Shown here piece by piece: positions 51,672 to 64,000 of a stretch of DNA of 64,000 nucleotides; position 1 is the stretch's first letter; every line of letters begins with the position of its first letter. This DNA comes from Paramecium tetraurelia (lineage: Eukaryota), in assembly GCA_000165425.1 (NCBI GenBank), contig CT868207.1:806001-870000 (forward strand), in the 5' to 3' direction. Below the pieces are notes generated by a model. The model worked only from the letters and a program-made list of their open reading frames with translations. It made no database searches and had not been told where the DNA came from. Made by a program: the position numbers and the translations under genes.

Positions 51672-53792
51672 TCATTCTATAACTTAAACATTATTTACTA
51701 TTCCATAATTTTTATTAACTCTTATTCCACTCCTATGATTCCTAAGAAACCCTTAGCACTCATTAAAATGAACTTTCTCTGGATCAGAATTATAATCTTA
51801 GGAATCCATCCCCCTTAGATGTTAAAACTTTTATTGTTAATGATATTTTACAAAATGTAGATAACAAATATAAGATAATCACTATTATGGATATTAATTC
51901 CTTTATTAGACAAGGCCTTATTAAAACCCTTAATTTATAAATGCTTGTTAGTTAAGTACAAAATCAGTTTATAGGGGTTGCGCTTAATTAGGATATGATA
52001 TTTAAGGAGGAAATGACAATTAGGGAGCATATAATAGTTGAGAAGGGAATTTCTGTTCTTAGGATACACAAGGTTATGGTTGAGGATACTGTCTTGTCTA
52101 TTTTAGATTGAATAAGTTCTTATGATTTATAGGCTTAGGAGATTTACTCATTACTTTCATATACTGTAATAGTTATTTATTTATCTAAGGCAAGACTTAT
52201 CTAGCAAGATCATTTTTAAGTTAATTGAAAGGAACGAATTTAAGCAAATCTCTAGAAGCATAGTTCCCATCACTATCTACAATGTTTTTGACTTAATTGT
52301 TCAAGGCTGACAATTCATCAAAGTTGCCATCTCCAATACCAATTATGATGATTGATAATGGTAAATTTTACTAAGCATTTACTTCATTAATAAATTCTTT
52401 CATATCACCTACTTATCCATTTGTGAAGATCAAAAGAATCTAATATTTATCACTATCCTAGAGTTTCAATTAATGAGCCATATCCATAGCGATTTTCAAG
52501 CTTGGTGTTAATTTGGCAGGACCATCGAAACACAAATGAGGCAATTACTTTATGTAGCATTAGACTATTCCATCCAAACCAATTACTCTTTAAACTATTA
52601 ATTAAAATAAGATACTCTGGATCTTTTGGGTTGTCATTAAGGGCGAATGAAGATAGTGTTTTATTAGTGTTAATCAAATTCATTTTTGGTTTGCATCCAA
52701 AACCATATACTGGCACACTCTTATCTTTATCATAACATATTAAAATTTCCATTAAGCTAGTTATGGCTTATAAATATTGACTCTGAGCTCCATTACTTTT
52801 CATATAATGTAATGAATTAGGATCATTGAAATTGCCATTTGAAGCTGCAAAGTCAATAGCAGTTATCAATTTTAACTATAATCCTCCTCGGCAATATTCT
52901 AGAAGCGTGTAATTAGGATTGAATTAAAAACCATTGAATTGAAGGACTCCGGAAGATTCTTTACCATTTGTTTTGCTCATAAACTCCTTTTCCAATATCC
53001 TATTCCATTTCTTATGCTCTATTAATTCATCTACACAAAATGTCGTCTCTCCTAGATACAAATGCTTGCCGTTGTTTCTATGATCCCATAATTCAACTTT
53101 GATATTCATTTGATGATCTCCACCACATAACTTGAAAGATGAGAAATTGATTTCATTCCACTTTGGTTGTGTTGTCTTCTTTGCAAACTCAGTCTCATGA
53201 ATTAAAACAGGGTTATTGTCATCCATAATATATCTGTAGAATCTTAACTGTGGACATGTGCCATGCCAAAACAAAAATCTAGTTTCTTTAATGTCATGTG
53301 CAGATAAGGTAAGGATTATTTCATCTTTGATCTACTTAATTATATCTGCCTATATTATGAAATAGCCACTCCTTCTACCAGAAATGTTAATTAGATCACC
53401 CATTAAAATTTGATCTCTTGAAGCAACTATAAGAGCAACCGTAGTTTCTGCAATGCCAACAACCTATAATCGTGATAAGTATTTTACCTTAGATTAAGTT
53501 GGACTGATGTAATGATAAACTTCTAGCTTTAAATGTTATTAGACTTCAAAATGATACTCCAATTATATTGATGTTTTGTAATTAGGGTTCAAATTATTCT
53601 TCACTAATTCAGTTTATCCGAATTTGGTCCCTTGAATACAATATCATCTATGCACTTACAATGGTTATTATGTTTTAAGTAGATTACAGCATAAGGATCT
53701 AAGTCTGACACAATGTCTAGATCATCTAATTATCTGCAACTTATATAAAGGTCCAGCTTCTCAAGTAATTCAGAATTCTCAGCTTGATTCAT
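51672..53792 (-). CDS. Copine-like protein (C2-C2-vWA) with a P/Q-rich tail
   Basis: SCRQLDDLDIVSDLDPY, NNLNPNY, AIDFAASNG..DPNSLHY, YDKDK.VPVYGFG and LPLSIIIIGIG motifs. Confidence 0.88.
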
Positions 53793-53872
53793 AGGTATAT
53801 TAATGGGGGGATATTTAATTATAATTGTAATTTATAGAATCTACTATTAATAAATAAAAATTATATTGAATC

Positions 53873-56112
53873 TCAATTACTTTGGTTTCTATTTTAGTTA
53901 TTTTAGGCCCTTTCTTCGTCTCTTTAAGCATTTTGTTGCTACTGATCATCATTTCCCATCAGAGGGAAGGAACCTTCTGAATGTTGATTATTGAATTCAG
54001 CATTTTCGATTATGTGAGACACCGATTGTTTAGGTTGTAGATTGGTATCTTAAATTACTTAAAGAATTACTGTGATTAGACATAAGTCCACCCAAGTAGG
54101 TAACTTGAGTCTGAGGGTTTGGATTGTAGTTTGAATTAATCAGATTTTGGGACAAATTCTTTTAAGTGAGAGGTTCTTGTTCTAACAAGGGATTCTGCAC
54201 ATTGTTATAAATTTGATGGTAGAGATGCTATCCAAATACCTATTGTCCCTGTCCTTGATCTTACTATTATTGATATATAAAGGGTTGTTGTATAAACTAA
54301 TTCTAAGTGATGATGGTTCTTTCATCTGGTTGATACTCCTCTTCAGCCTCTCCCAAAAGACGTTTCAAAGTATTCTACCTCTGTATGCCTTTGGGTTAAT
54401 AATATTAATCAAATTGTTAGTTCTAAGCAATGAATGGCTGATTCTTCTATTCTCGACTTCCTGGCATTTTGCCAATCGTTGACATGTAATTTACCACCTA
54501 ATCTGGTAGTTCAGACAGCACTTCCTAAGCGAACTTCTTTTGTTCATTTTTATAATTATTGAAAACTACAAATTTAACTAAATCCCTAGTTGCTTTTCTG
54601 CCTTATGAATCGATTTCATTCAGATCATTGTTGTTCAATCTTTCCATCAATGTGAAATCAGCATCTCCAATTCCAATAATAACAATCGAAATTGGCAATT
54701 CACAACAATCTACGATCAACTCAAAGGCACCATCAAAGTCACTGATGATCCCATCTGTTAGTATAGCCAATACAACATACTTCTCACTTCTTGCTTCTTT
54801 AAATCCTTTGGCTGTCTTCATAGCTTCCTTAATTGTTGGTCTAAATAATGTGGGACCAGAGAATTTGACTGTTCCTACGAAATTCCTGTAAGTTTGAAAT
54901 AATCCCAGTATATTCACCACTCTATTATATGGTTTATAAGTTACTCTGGGTCTTCTAAGTTATGATTCAATGGATAGCAATGATGTGCTTTGCCGTCCAT
55001 CTCAAATCCGAAACCAAACAAAGGAACTCGTTTGTCGTGGTCGTATTGAATCAAAATCTCTGAGACATTTCTTAAAGCTTATTCATATTGACTAAGTCTT
55101 CTGTTAGTTACATCAAAATAATGCAGACTCTAAGGATTTGTGGGTTCTAAATTGGAGTCAGTAAAATCAATAGAAATCATTAGATTCAATTGCAAACCTT
55201 CCTATAAATATTATTCAAAAGTAGGTATTTCTCTAAATAGACATTTTTAAATGCTTAACTGTCCTGTTATGCATTAATTACCCTTGTGCTATAGATTTCT
55301 CTGACCCTTCTTGTCCAACATTTGAGATATTGATAGGTTGACAGATCCGATATAAATATCGTTGCTTCTTCCCTTGTCGAAAATTTCAATTTGCAAGACA
55401 GCATCACTATCATTGTTGCAGATGTCCCTTGCCATCTTTTTGATCTCAGGCCTAGTTCATTCGATTAAATTTATACCAAGTTCTCCTGTCAGGGAATTTG
55501 ATGGGTTCGGATTGATACACTAGATTGGACTCATTTGTGTCTTGGAAGGTTCTCGAGATTTTAATATAGGGTTGGGAGGGTTGTAGATTGAAGATGCAAC
55601 ACTTCCTGCTCAATGAATCAGCAGCTAAGGGTAATAGATTAGATTTACATAGTATCAACTCAACCATATCATTTTTATATTTCTGATACTCTCCAATTAA
55701 AACTATTCTGCCCACTTTCTTGTTTTTATTGCAGATATCCGTATTATAGATCTGATCCTTGGCTGCTAACAAGGTTTAGATGTTCACTTCCGTGTACCCA
55801 ATTAACTGGAATATTTTTAAAATATTTACATGTTTCTTTTCCTGGTGACAGTTATAAACCTCAAACAGAACTTTATAAGATGTTTCGAATTAATAATTCA
55901 ATTGAACCGAAGTGCTAAATTGAGGGTTTCTTTGATTCAATTAAACCTCTGTTTTGCCCTTTTCGTTCCCTAAAGAATAGGCCTCAATTCTTACATTTGT
56001 TATCCCCCTGTTCCTTCACGACAACCTGTGAATTTATTTCGCCCGCATTTTAAATAGGACTTAATTCATAGCATTTGATCCTCACAACGAAGAACTTTTA
56101 TTGTGAACTCAT
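53873..56112 (-). CDS. Second, divergent copine-like protein
   Basis: GKTEV..NQRNPQF, SIDFTDSN..PTNPQSLHY, YDHDKRVPLFGFG, FSGPTLF.P.I, ILTDGIISD and LPISIVIIGIG motifs. Confidence 0.88.
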
Positions 56113-56271
56113 TAAAAATAATATTATATTCGGAAACTTTTTTAATAATTTTATCATTTATTTTTGACAAATTCTTATGGGATAGTTCAATTAGTTCTGC
56201 ACACTCGATTCTCTTCAAAACAACCATTTGTATATATCGATATTATTTAAAATATAATACTTAAACATTAA

Positions 56272-57509
56272 ATGGAATAAATACAGACCATATAATCCTA
56301 TTATGATTCACTCATAAAAGAATTGGAGAAGAAGTTTGAAGAAAAGCTATCATAACTCAACAAAAGGTATCACGTGATGGAAACATATCTGAAACAAAAG
56401 ATAAAATTGCTTGAAGCAGGGAAGCATTAAAGATCAGAAGATTTGGAAAAAGTAAAATTGAAAGCCAAAATATTCTCACTTGAAAAACAGTTATAACAAC
56501 TAGAATCCAGAGACAATATCCTGCATCGACCAGATTCAAAGTCCTCTGAATCTTAAGCCCCATAGGAAGTATTTTTGAGTGTATTAGATTCCGTGTTTAA
56601 ATAATTGGGGAATAATTTTGAATACCCTTATTTCCTCTATCCATAAATCGACAGTCTCATTCCCAATTTAATCGAAATCTTACCCACATCACTCAACTTA
56701 TTGTCAGACATGACTTTTTTGCTCTATAAAACAAAATTTTATAGTCATTTTTTAGCGATCCCTCACAGTATCATATAGTAGCTATATTTTCAGATAAATA
56801 ATTACAGGATGACAGAATCAAATTAAAAAGCATAGAATAACACGTTAACGAAATCATGTTTTGTGGTGGTTGTCATTAGAACTTTGAGATTTGTTTCAAT
56901 CCTCAAACAGAAGAGTGGAAGAAGAAGGCTTTGGAAAAAGAAATCGACAAACCTGTTGTCCAGCCTCACACTTTATAATTAACTCAAAGTTCAGTCATCT
57001 AGAATTACATTATCAAGGCTGCAAAATAAAAATTGGAATCCAGTTATACTAAAGTGATCAGAGACAACAACTAAATTCATCACTTGAACTTTTCCCAATA
57101 GCTCAAATAGAAACATGTTTTATTCGAAAGATTGAATTGTGTCATACTCACTTTTATTCTGTCCTTCACCAAAGATAATATAATCTATGCCTTAAATAAT
57201 ATCACTTAAGATTTAAAAATAGATGTACATTGATTATCATTAATTTAGAATCAAATATTGCTTTAGTAATTAATTTAGTAGATTTAAAAGAAAGATCTCG
57301 GTATTTTTTCTCATTTATAATTAGATATGTTGATCCTATATAAATTGAAAGACTACGGATTCGATATTGAATTGCAATACTCTAGTGTCAATTTCATCTA
57401 AGAACTAAATAGCAAAGGAATTAAGCTGTAATCTATTATACAATCCCTAGTCCCTTATCCGAATAGTACTTAAAGGAACAAAAAAAAACTGGAATTGATA
57501 AAGAGTTGA
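56272..57509 (+). CDS. Hypothetical protein with an N-terminal coiled coil
   Basis: MEQIQTIQSYYDSLIKELEKKFEE... Three tiny introns join the frame to TGA at 57507-57509. Confidence 0.65.
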
Positions 57510-58006
57510 TTTAGATGATCCAATAATTAGAATGAAAACATTAAAATATTTATATATGCATCATTTATACATAATAATAATTCACTTATCCATGTGATCT
57601 TTTTGAGTTAATAAATTCAAATTTATGTTAAGAAAAATAATAAAAATTTCAATTACGGTTAAGGGAACTAAAAGAACAATTCAAAATTATACTTACTCTG
57701 ATTCTAATTTTTAAATTTATTAAGAAGTTCTCTTTAATTACTTAGCTTTAAAAAATTGGAGATGTCTAATAAATTTTCATTTTAATAATTTGGGATTCGA
57801 ACTTCATAACAACGAAGTAACTGCTAATCAGCAATTCCTAAAAATCAAAAAAGTCATTGTAAACATATTTATTTTTTCGTTTATTTTTTCCATATTCTAT
57901 ATTGAATTTTTTGGAGGTATGATGATAAATCAGATTGTATTCAGAAAAATAGCATCTTTTAATATGGATACGGGATTTTTCAAATAATTATTAATAATAC
58001 ACAATA

Positions 58007-59140
58007 ATGATAAGTGTGCTTTTATTGTCCATTTTCTATATGGGATATTCTCAAAGGTAATAGGCTATCTGCAATTTCGAAGTCTATCTAGACCTTGATT
58101 CTGATGAAGAAATAGTCGACCACGCTAAACAAAATGGCACTGACATCGTGTTGACAACATCAAAATTCATTTTGTTGGATGATGCATTAAATGTTTTGAA
58201 TACTTATTCAACTCCTAACAATGGAACACACACCTGCAATCTGGTTTCTGGCCATCCACTCTAGAACATGTTCTTAATGGCCTGTCAATCAGAGGGAAGA
58301 TCACCTTACTTCGTAGCCTACAAAAAGACTTCCAACAGCACCTATTCAGTGTTCGGTGAGTATTAAGCCGTTCCATCAATATAAGAGGTCTTTAATAAAT
58401 TTGCTATTGTTGGAAACACATTAATCATCCCCCAAAAAAATAAACTGGTTCTCCTCACAACAGTAATTCAAGCCGCCACTTGGTACATTCGTACTACCTC
58501 ATACGTTTTGGATGCCCAATTTTTCAATACTTCTAGTTTGAATGTCACAGATTTCAGTTTATCATCATACGAACAAGATTAACAAACCTATTACAGAATC
58601 TTAACTTTGGATTATGAAAATGGTGTGTTCTGGGCTGATGCAATATCCAGATCAAACAACTTGATCCCATTCAACAATGGATTTATTAACGTAAAATCTA
58701 GCTTCTACATTCCCTATACATCCAGATTCAGATAAGTCACACCCCTTAACGTATCTTAGAATTCAACTCAATTTATTGTGTAGACCTATGTAGATGGTAA
58801 TTACCAACTTGATTATACCACAACCAATTCCTACCTCTATTTAGTGACAACCTTAAATAGATATAAGGATTGGAACCCATTTGGATCAGTCAGAACTCAA
58901 AATCATATAGTTGCTATTCCCTATTAGAATTATTAGAAAACTGTTGTGATCAATTTGTTTAACATCGGATACAGATTAAATGAACAATAAACGAACTTGA
59001 AGCAAGAACCAGCAGATCTACTCATTTCAGCTTCAGTAGAGAGCTTGATTCTGTACTTCACATCAGCAAATCAATTGGTATACAGAAGCGATTTCGACAC
59101 TTTTACGTAATGCACCTTGTCCAACTATAATGTTGAATGA
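58007..59140 (+). CDS. Secreted beta-rich glycoprotein (377 aa)
   Basis: Intronless. Signal peptide MISVLLLSIFYMGYS, several NxS/T sequons, no C-terminal anchor. Confidence 0.8.
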
Positions 59141-59200
59141 CAATTATGAATTATTAACAAATGCACAAAAACAAACACCCACAATATTTATTTTTATTAT

Positions 59201-60086
59201 ATGAATGTCTCTTTTGAATAAATTAATCGTTCGCCTTTAAATAGATCAGTGTCAAAAGCTCTGTACTCATTTCCAAAAGCCACTCGTTTTAAAGATTTCA
59301 AAGACAAACCGTAACTATGCAATTGATTCATCATTAGATGTCCCAATATATACAATATCCCCTCGATGATGAGCAAACGTAGTGCTGCAATAGGATATGG
59401 ATAAAAGTCAAATTTTATTCAGGAAAGCATAACCCCAGGACCCAACAATTACGAAATTAAGACCACTCTCAATATAAGCAACGGCTGGACTATGCCTGTT
59501 GGTCGAGATGTATGCATCATTGACTTAATCTTAGAAAGGTAATAAGTATGAAGGTATCTTCATTGGCCTTATACAAAAAACTCCTGGGCCTGGGGAATAT
59601 GAACACAAGGACACCAAATCTCCCATCAAGTACACAATAAGAATGAGAACTGAGAGTCACAAAGACAAGGATAGAAAACCAGGACCGTAAGTCATCTTGA
59701 TAATTTAGTGGTGATTATAATTTGCCTGCAGCACTCAATGAAACTGGAAAATATAAAATTAGCAAATTTAGAGAGTAAAAGAATTCTTTAGTCTAGTTCC
59801 GGAGCTATCATCCTTTCGCCTCAAAAGTCTAAAAGCTTTCGTTTTTCACCAGCCAAGGAACTCTCACCTGGTCCTGGAGACTATGCTCATTTAGGAGATA
59901 TTGATCCGAAAGGGTTGTATTATTGTTCCAAATTTGCAGATACTAAATCTACCATATTCACAAGGGCTAAGAGGGAATTAACTAAAATTCGAGCTGTATC
60001 TCCAGGACCTGGGGCCTATAGATTGCCTTCAGAATTTGGGTATTTAGATAAATTATGTTAGTCACTATGAAAAACCGAATAAATGA
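59201..60086 (+). CDS. SHIPPO/ODF3-like PGP-repeat axonemal protein
   Basis: Repeated (T/S)PGPGxY motifs and multiple tiny introns. Ends LPSEFGHYEKPNK* at 60086 if the last 22-nt intron is spliced, otherwise at 60070. Confidence 0.85.
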
Positions 60087-60728
60087 TTTTATTATAATTT
60101 TGGCATCGTCTTTCTTTATGGTTCTATACGCAATCTCTATAATTAAGTTAGCTGAGTGAGGCCGTTAGTTTTGGTCTTTTTTTGCGAGAGACTTTATACA
60201 ATCTTCGAAATTCGCTGTTTATTGTCTGTTCTGGAAATACGAAACTTAAGTTCTTGAGTTCTCTTAATCATTTTCTTGGGTACCTCCTAAAATCACGCAT
60301 TAAAGTATCTTTGTTCTTGAATGTTCCTTGAGTGGATTGCAATCTCTTCATCAACTTCTAGTTTTCATCAACGATTTTCATAGCTTCCTTTTTCCTTTTT
60401 GGTAAATTCAAAGATCTGATTGAACTAGCAGAATGTTATCTTGTAGATGGTTTAATTTTAATTATTCTATCCAGTATTTTGCTATTTTCTTAATACAACA
60501 TTTTATCTCTCATATGTTGAATTGATGCTTTACTGTTGTACTGATTCGTTTTAATTTTCTGTAGTTTATTTGAATCCATATGAAATTACTAATATGGTAA
60601 AATGGTACCTTTTTGGATGAACTTCTGTCACTAGCAATCATCTAAACTCTATCCCTATGAGACTTGAATCTTTCAAATTAACAAACCGAGTTGATTATAT
60701 TTTGTTCAATGTATTTCGGAGCTATCAT
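60062..60728 (-). CDS. CFAP97/KIAA1430-domain-like protein
   Basis: QENSKILDRIIKI...SLNLPKRKKEAMKIVDENQKLMKRL. 3' end uncertain (60268 or 60062). Confidence 0.65.
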
Positions 60729-60752
60729 TATTAATATATATTTATATAATAA

Positions 60753-62028
60753 TCATTAATAGTAATCATAATCCTTTATAGTATTAAAATTAGAGTTTAA
60801 ATTTTTAATCGCAGATCTTTGCATCTTGACTCTGATCAAATTAGGTTACGAGACTTCTTCAAAAATATGAAAAGTATTTTCCAACTGGATGGAATTGGGA
60901 TCAATAAAGAGGTATTTTTCAGTGATATTATGATGTAACGACACTTGAGATTTTCGCTTGTTTTTGAATTGGAACTTCACCTTGTTTTTTAACAACAAAT
61001 AAAGTTTGATGCGAGATCTGCATTTTGCAAAATAACTCTTGATTCTCTTGGCTTTTTGGTTCTATTTGCTGATATGCAAAAAGTGCTCATTCAACCTCAA
61101 CAATTCGAAGACCTTGAACAGGATCAAACTTTCCTAATTGCTTTATTGGATATTGAAATCTGCACCGTCATTCTATTGTTCATCTATTTAAGTAAGACAA
61201 AAGTCAATGCCCTTTTTGAATTACAAGGAATCATAGTCGATTATCTTGTTGTTGCTTCTAATTTTGCTGATTGCTGATTTATCTATCAAGGCAGTGGTGT
61301 AATCCTAGAATCGTTCCCATTAGAATGAAAATGCTTAGAAGATATTCTACAAGGTGATGATGGGTTCTCTTTCCAACCACCTACTCTGGAATCTAAACAT
61401 CTAAAATTAGTTGATAATTCTTTACATCATCTATGAACTTAACAATTTCAACCAATCCAGTAATAAATTGTTGGAGTAACTCATATCTGATCTAATCTAA
61501 ACTAAAGCCACAACCTAACCCCAATTCTTTGATGTAGGTGTAAAATTCTTCCAGATGAATATTTTTCTGTCTCAACAATTCGACATTCTTGAGAAACTGA
61601 GTGTGATTGTGTTTGTTATCAAAATAGTCTTGCTTCAGTGTAAAGATCGAAATAACCTTACGTTTATCAATCTCAATTTGCTTTATATCATACATTTCGT
61701 CTTAATATTGGAATTCCTCTTCCATAGATTCTATCGACAACTATAATTGATCTTCCTTCTCAGGAGGCTGGGTCAACTCGTCTTCCACTCGCTGCTTCCT
61801 ACTAATCCTCATGGTGTGCAATTTTATCTAATTGAAACGTTCAATCTAAGGAGGCTCATCTATAGAATCGAGACAATCAAAAAATTCATCTTGTTCTGGA
61901 ATATCAAAATCAATGTCATGTTCATAACGGAAATACTCATTCTAATCCAAATCCTATTTGATGTATTCTTAAACTATGTCCAAATCAAGATATTTAGAAT
62001 CAGTACTAACCTTTCTATGCTATTACAT
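60753..62028 (-). CDS. Hypothetical protein
   Basis: MQQHRKVSTDSKY... with an acidic N-terminal region. Two introns give a continuous frame to ...YDYYQ*. Confidence 0.7.
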
Positions 62029-62058
62029 AAGTGAAAAATAATATAAAATATAATTTAT

Positions 62059-63598
62059 TCAAAATCTCTTAATTGTGACTTGCTATTCTTTCACGTAAGA
62101 ATAATTTTAGAACTAATTCTGAACAGTCTCTTGTCTCAGTTTAATAGAATTCTCTTAAATCTATTGATCCAATGAATCATGTTCCGATGAAATCTCTCTA
62201 ATGTAGTTTTCCTCGCAAGATTTCGACAATTTAAATGGAGAGGCCAACTGTTTCTCATACAAACTCTTCCATGGGAATCCTGCAAACCACTAATGAGCAT
62301 AGATCTCCTGAGTCCCATTGAATCCCAATCGAGACTGAGGTTTCCTCTAAAGCAATTAATTTATCAGATCCGCTGCTTCCAAAGTCCACCCAATTGGCAG
62401 ATCGCTTTTCTTCAACTGTATTTACTTAGCAATAATAGCATCTCTTATGTCTTTCCTTGACTTACCCAGATATGGTCGTTTCCCCATCATAAATTCGTAC
62501 ATCATCACTCCTAAGGCGAAGTGATCAACTCCCACACTATGGTTTTATCTGAACATCACTTCTGGGGCTATGATGACATATTTACACACAATACCCATGT
62601 AACCAGGAGTGCCACTTGTTTCTGAAGCATTTTCTGATTTGATGACTCTGGCTATTCCAAAGTCAGTCAATCTTGGATACCCGTTTCGGTCCAATACGAT
62701 ATTCTCAGGTTTTATGTCTCTATGAATAATTCCGTTCTGATGCAAGTACTCCAGAGCCAATAGTATACTACAAATTACAAACTCTAAAATTATATAACTT
62801 TTATTACTCGTATGTTATTCACTAAATCTTCTCATCCTTCCTATGTGAAATCGGAGATCTCCCCCAGACAGCAAATCCATAACCAAAAAGAGATGTTCTC
62901 GATCCTAAAAGGCATAATGAATATTTGCTATAAAAGGGTGTTTTAACTGTGATAAGAGAATTCGTTCGTTCAATACAGAATTCACAGAATTTTTAGCCAT
63001 AATCCTAATAGGTTCATTTCTCTTACTTAGCTTTACTCATCTCCTTCATGGCATAGAGTTTCCTTGACTTCACCAATTCAACTCTCCACACCTTCCCAAA
63101 TCCTCCTTTGCCAAGTACATAATGGAATTTAAAATTGCCCCTATTAATTTCATGATCTGTTGATGGCATACGGGTTGTTCGGGAGTCCTCTATTAATCTT
63201 GATATCGGCCGAGAATAGATGGTGTTCTTCAGAGGTCTCCTCTCCCTTGATTTTGGATGATGGTTCAACATTTATTGCTCGATTCCTAACTACAATTAAA
63301 AAGGCTTCCGAGTAATGGAATTCGATTGAGGACTATTGCTTTTCTTTTAACTTGATTGTTCAGGACTTTTATCCCGATTAGAGATAAAAGATATATCGTT
63401 TTGAAAGCCAAAGTTTGTTTTCCACAACTTTTTCTACTCCTTTGGAGATGATGGAGTTGAAATTGGAGGAGGATTCTTAAAAGACGGTAGTCTAGATTAT
63501 CGAGTTATCATAATTGATTGGTTAGCATTCGCTCGATAAATACCACCATCGATAACAAAATTTTGTACAAGATTTCGTTAACAAATGGAATTTCTCAT
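62059..63598 (-). CDS. AGC-group Ser/Thr kinase (ciliate-expanded family)
   Basis: LGKGGFGKVW, YAMKEMSK, HPFIAN, HRDIKPEN, TDFGIA and SGTPGYMAPE motifs. Confidence 0.93.
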
Positions 63599-63660
63599 TT
63601 CAGAAAATTAATATATATATTTGTTGATAACATTTGTGAAACCATCGAAACATTATAATA

Positions 63661-64000
63661 TCATTAAATTGATTGCCTTTTTATTCTCATCTTCCTTATT
63701 ATAACAGATTGAGTTCTGGCTGTTGTTAAGGATTGATTCTATTAGGAATTCAACAACTGATGTAAACTATTGGTTCTCAATCGTTCTAATCTTTACTCTT
63801 ACTATTTCAAATTTTAATAGTATATAGATTTTTAGAAATTTTCGGAGAGTTGATTTTTAATTTTTCGACTTGTCTTGCAACGACTAGTGTCCTCTTGAAA
63901 ATCTTTATTAATAATTGCGAAATTAAAGGTGTCGCCAGAAGGGGCTGGCAACCTCCTCTTCTTTGGACTCCTATACGCAGATGTCGGAGACGAGAGCTTT
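63661..64000 (-). CDS. 3' part of a hypothetical basic protein (truncated by window edge)
   Basis: Open frame KLSSPTSAYRSPKKRRLP...KRQSIQ*. Confidence 0.6.

Noticed and set aside
57510..58006. AT-rich gap with ATGATGA and a 65-aa ORF, possible snoRNA or retained IES
   Set aside because: No D box or guide and no convincing coding signal. IES status cannot be judged without MAC/MIC read comparison.
63599..63780. Open frame running into the kinase ATG, suggesting a longer N-terminus or fusion
   Set aside because: The upstream gene has its own coherent frame ending at TGA 63661, and an AT-rich spacer precedes the kinase ATG.
1..64000. CRISPR arrays, transposons, telomeric repeats, tRNA or rRNA genes
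   Set aside because: No spaced direct repeats, transposase or RT motifs, C4A2/C3A3 arrays or cloverleaf sequences were seen by eye.

Overview
This window is AT-rich, gene-dense ciliate macronuclear DNA, most likely Paramecium. Genes read open only with ciliate code 6 (TAA/TAG = Gln, TGA = stop). They carry tiny GT..AG introns (about 20-31 nt) and are often separated by only 15-100 bp. The supplied standard-code ORF track therefore shows only fragments or antisense shadows. I reconstructed about 38 protein-coding genes by hand, so boundaries are approximate. They include LSM2, CFAP96/C4orf47, two CFAP97-like genes, NOP56, ASF1, two NIF/FCP1-type phosphatases, a membrane-anchored RBR E3 ligase, a bacterial-like DUF1349 gene, an AHSA1-domain protein, two AGC kinases, an IQ-MORN protein, a ~25-TM membrane protein, a TPR protein, a CNBD K+ channel, a degenerate kinesin, a ~2200-aa surface protein, a mitochondrial carrier, two tandem copines and a SHIPPO-repeat protein. 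The best hidden element is a 64-nt box C/D snoRNA upstream of NOP56 with two guides matching 18S rRNA at the sites equivalent to yeast Gm1428 (snR56) and Am796 (snR53). Several apparent frameshifts sit at homopolymer runs, one at a perfect U UUA AAA slippery heptamer. These may simply be assembly errors. No telomeric repeats, transposons, tRNAs or rRNA genes were recognised.
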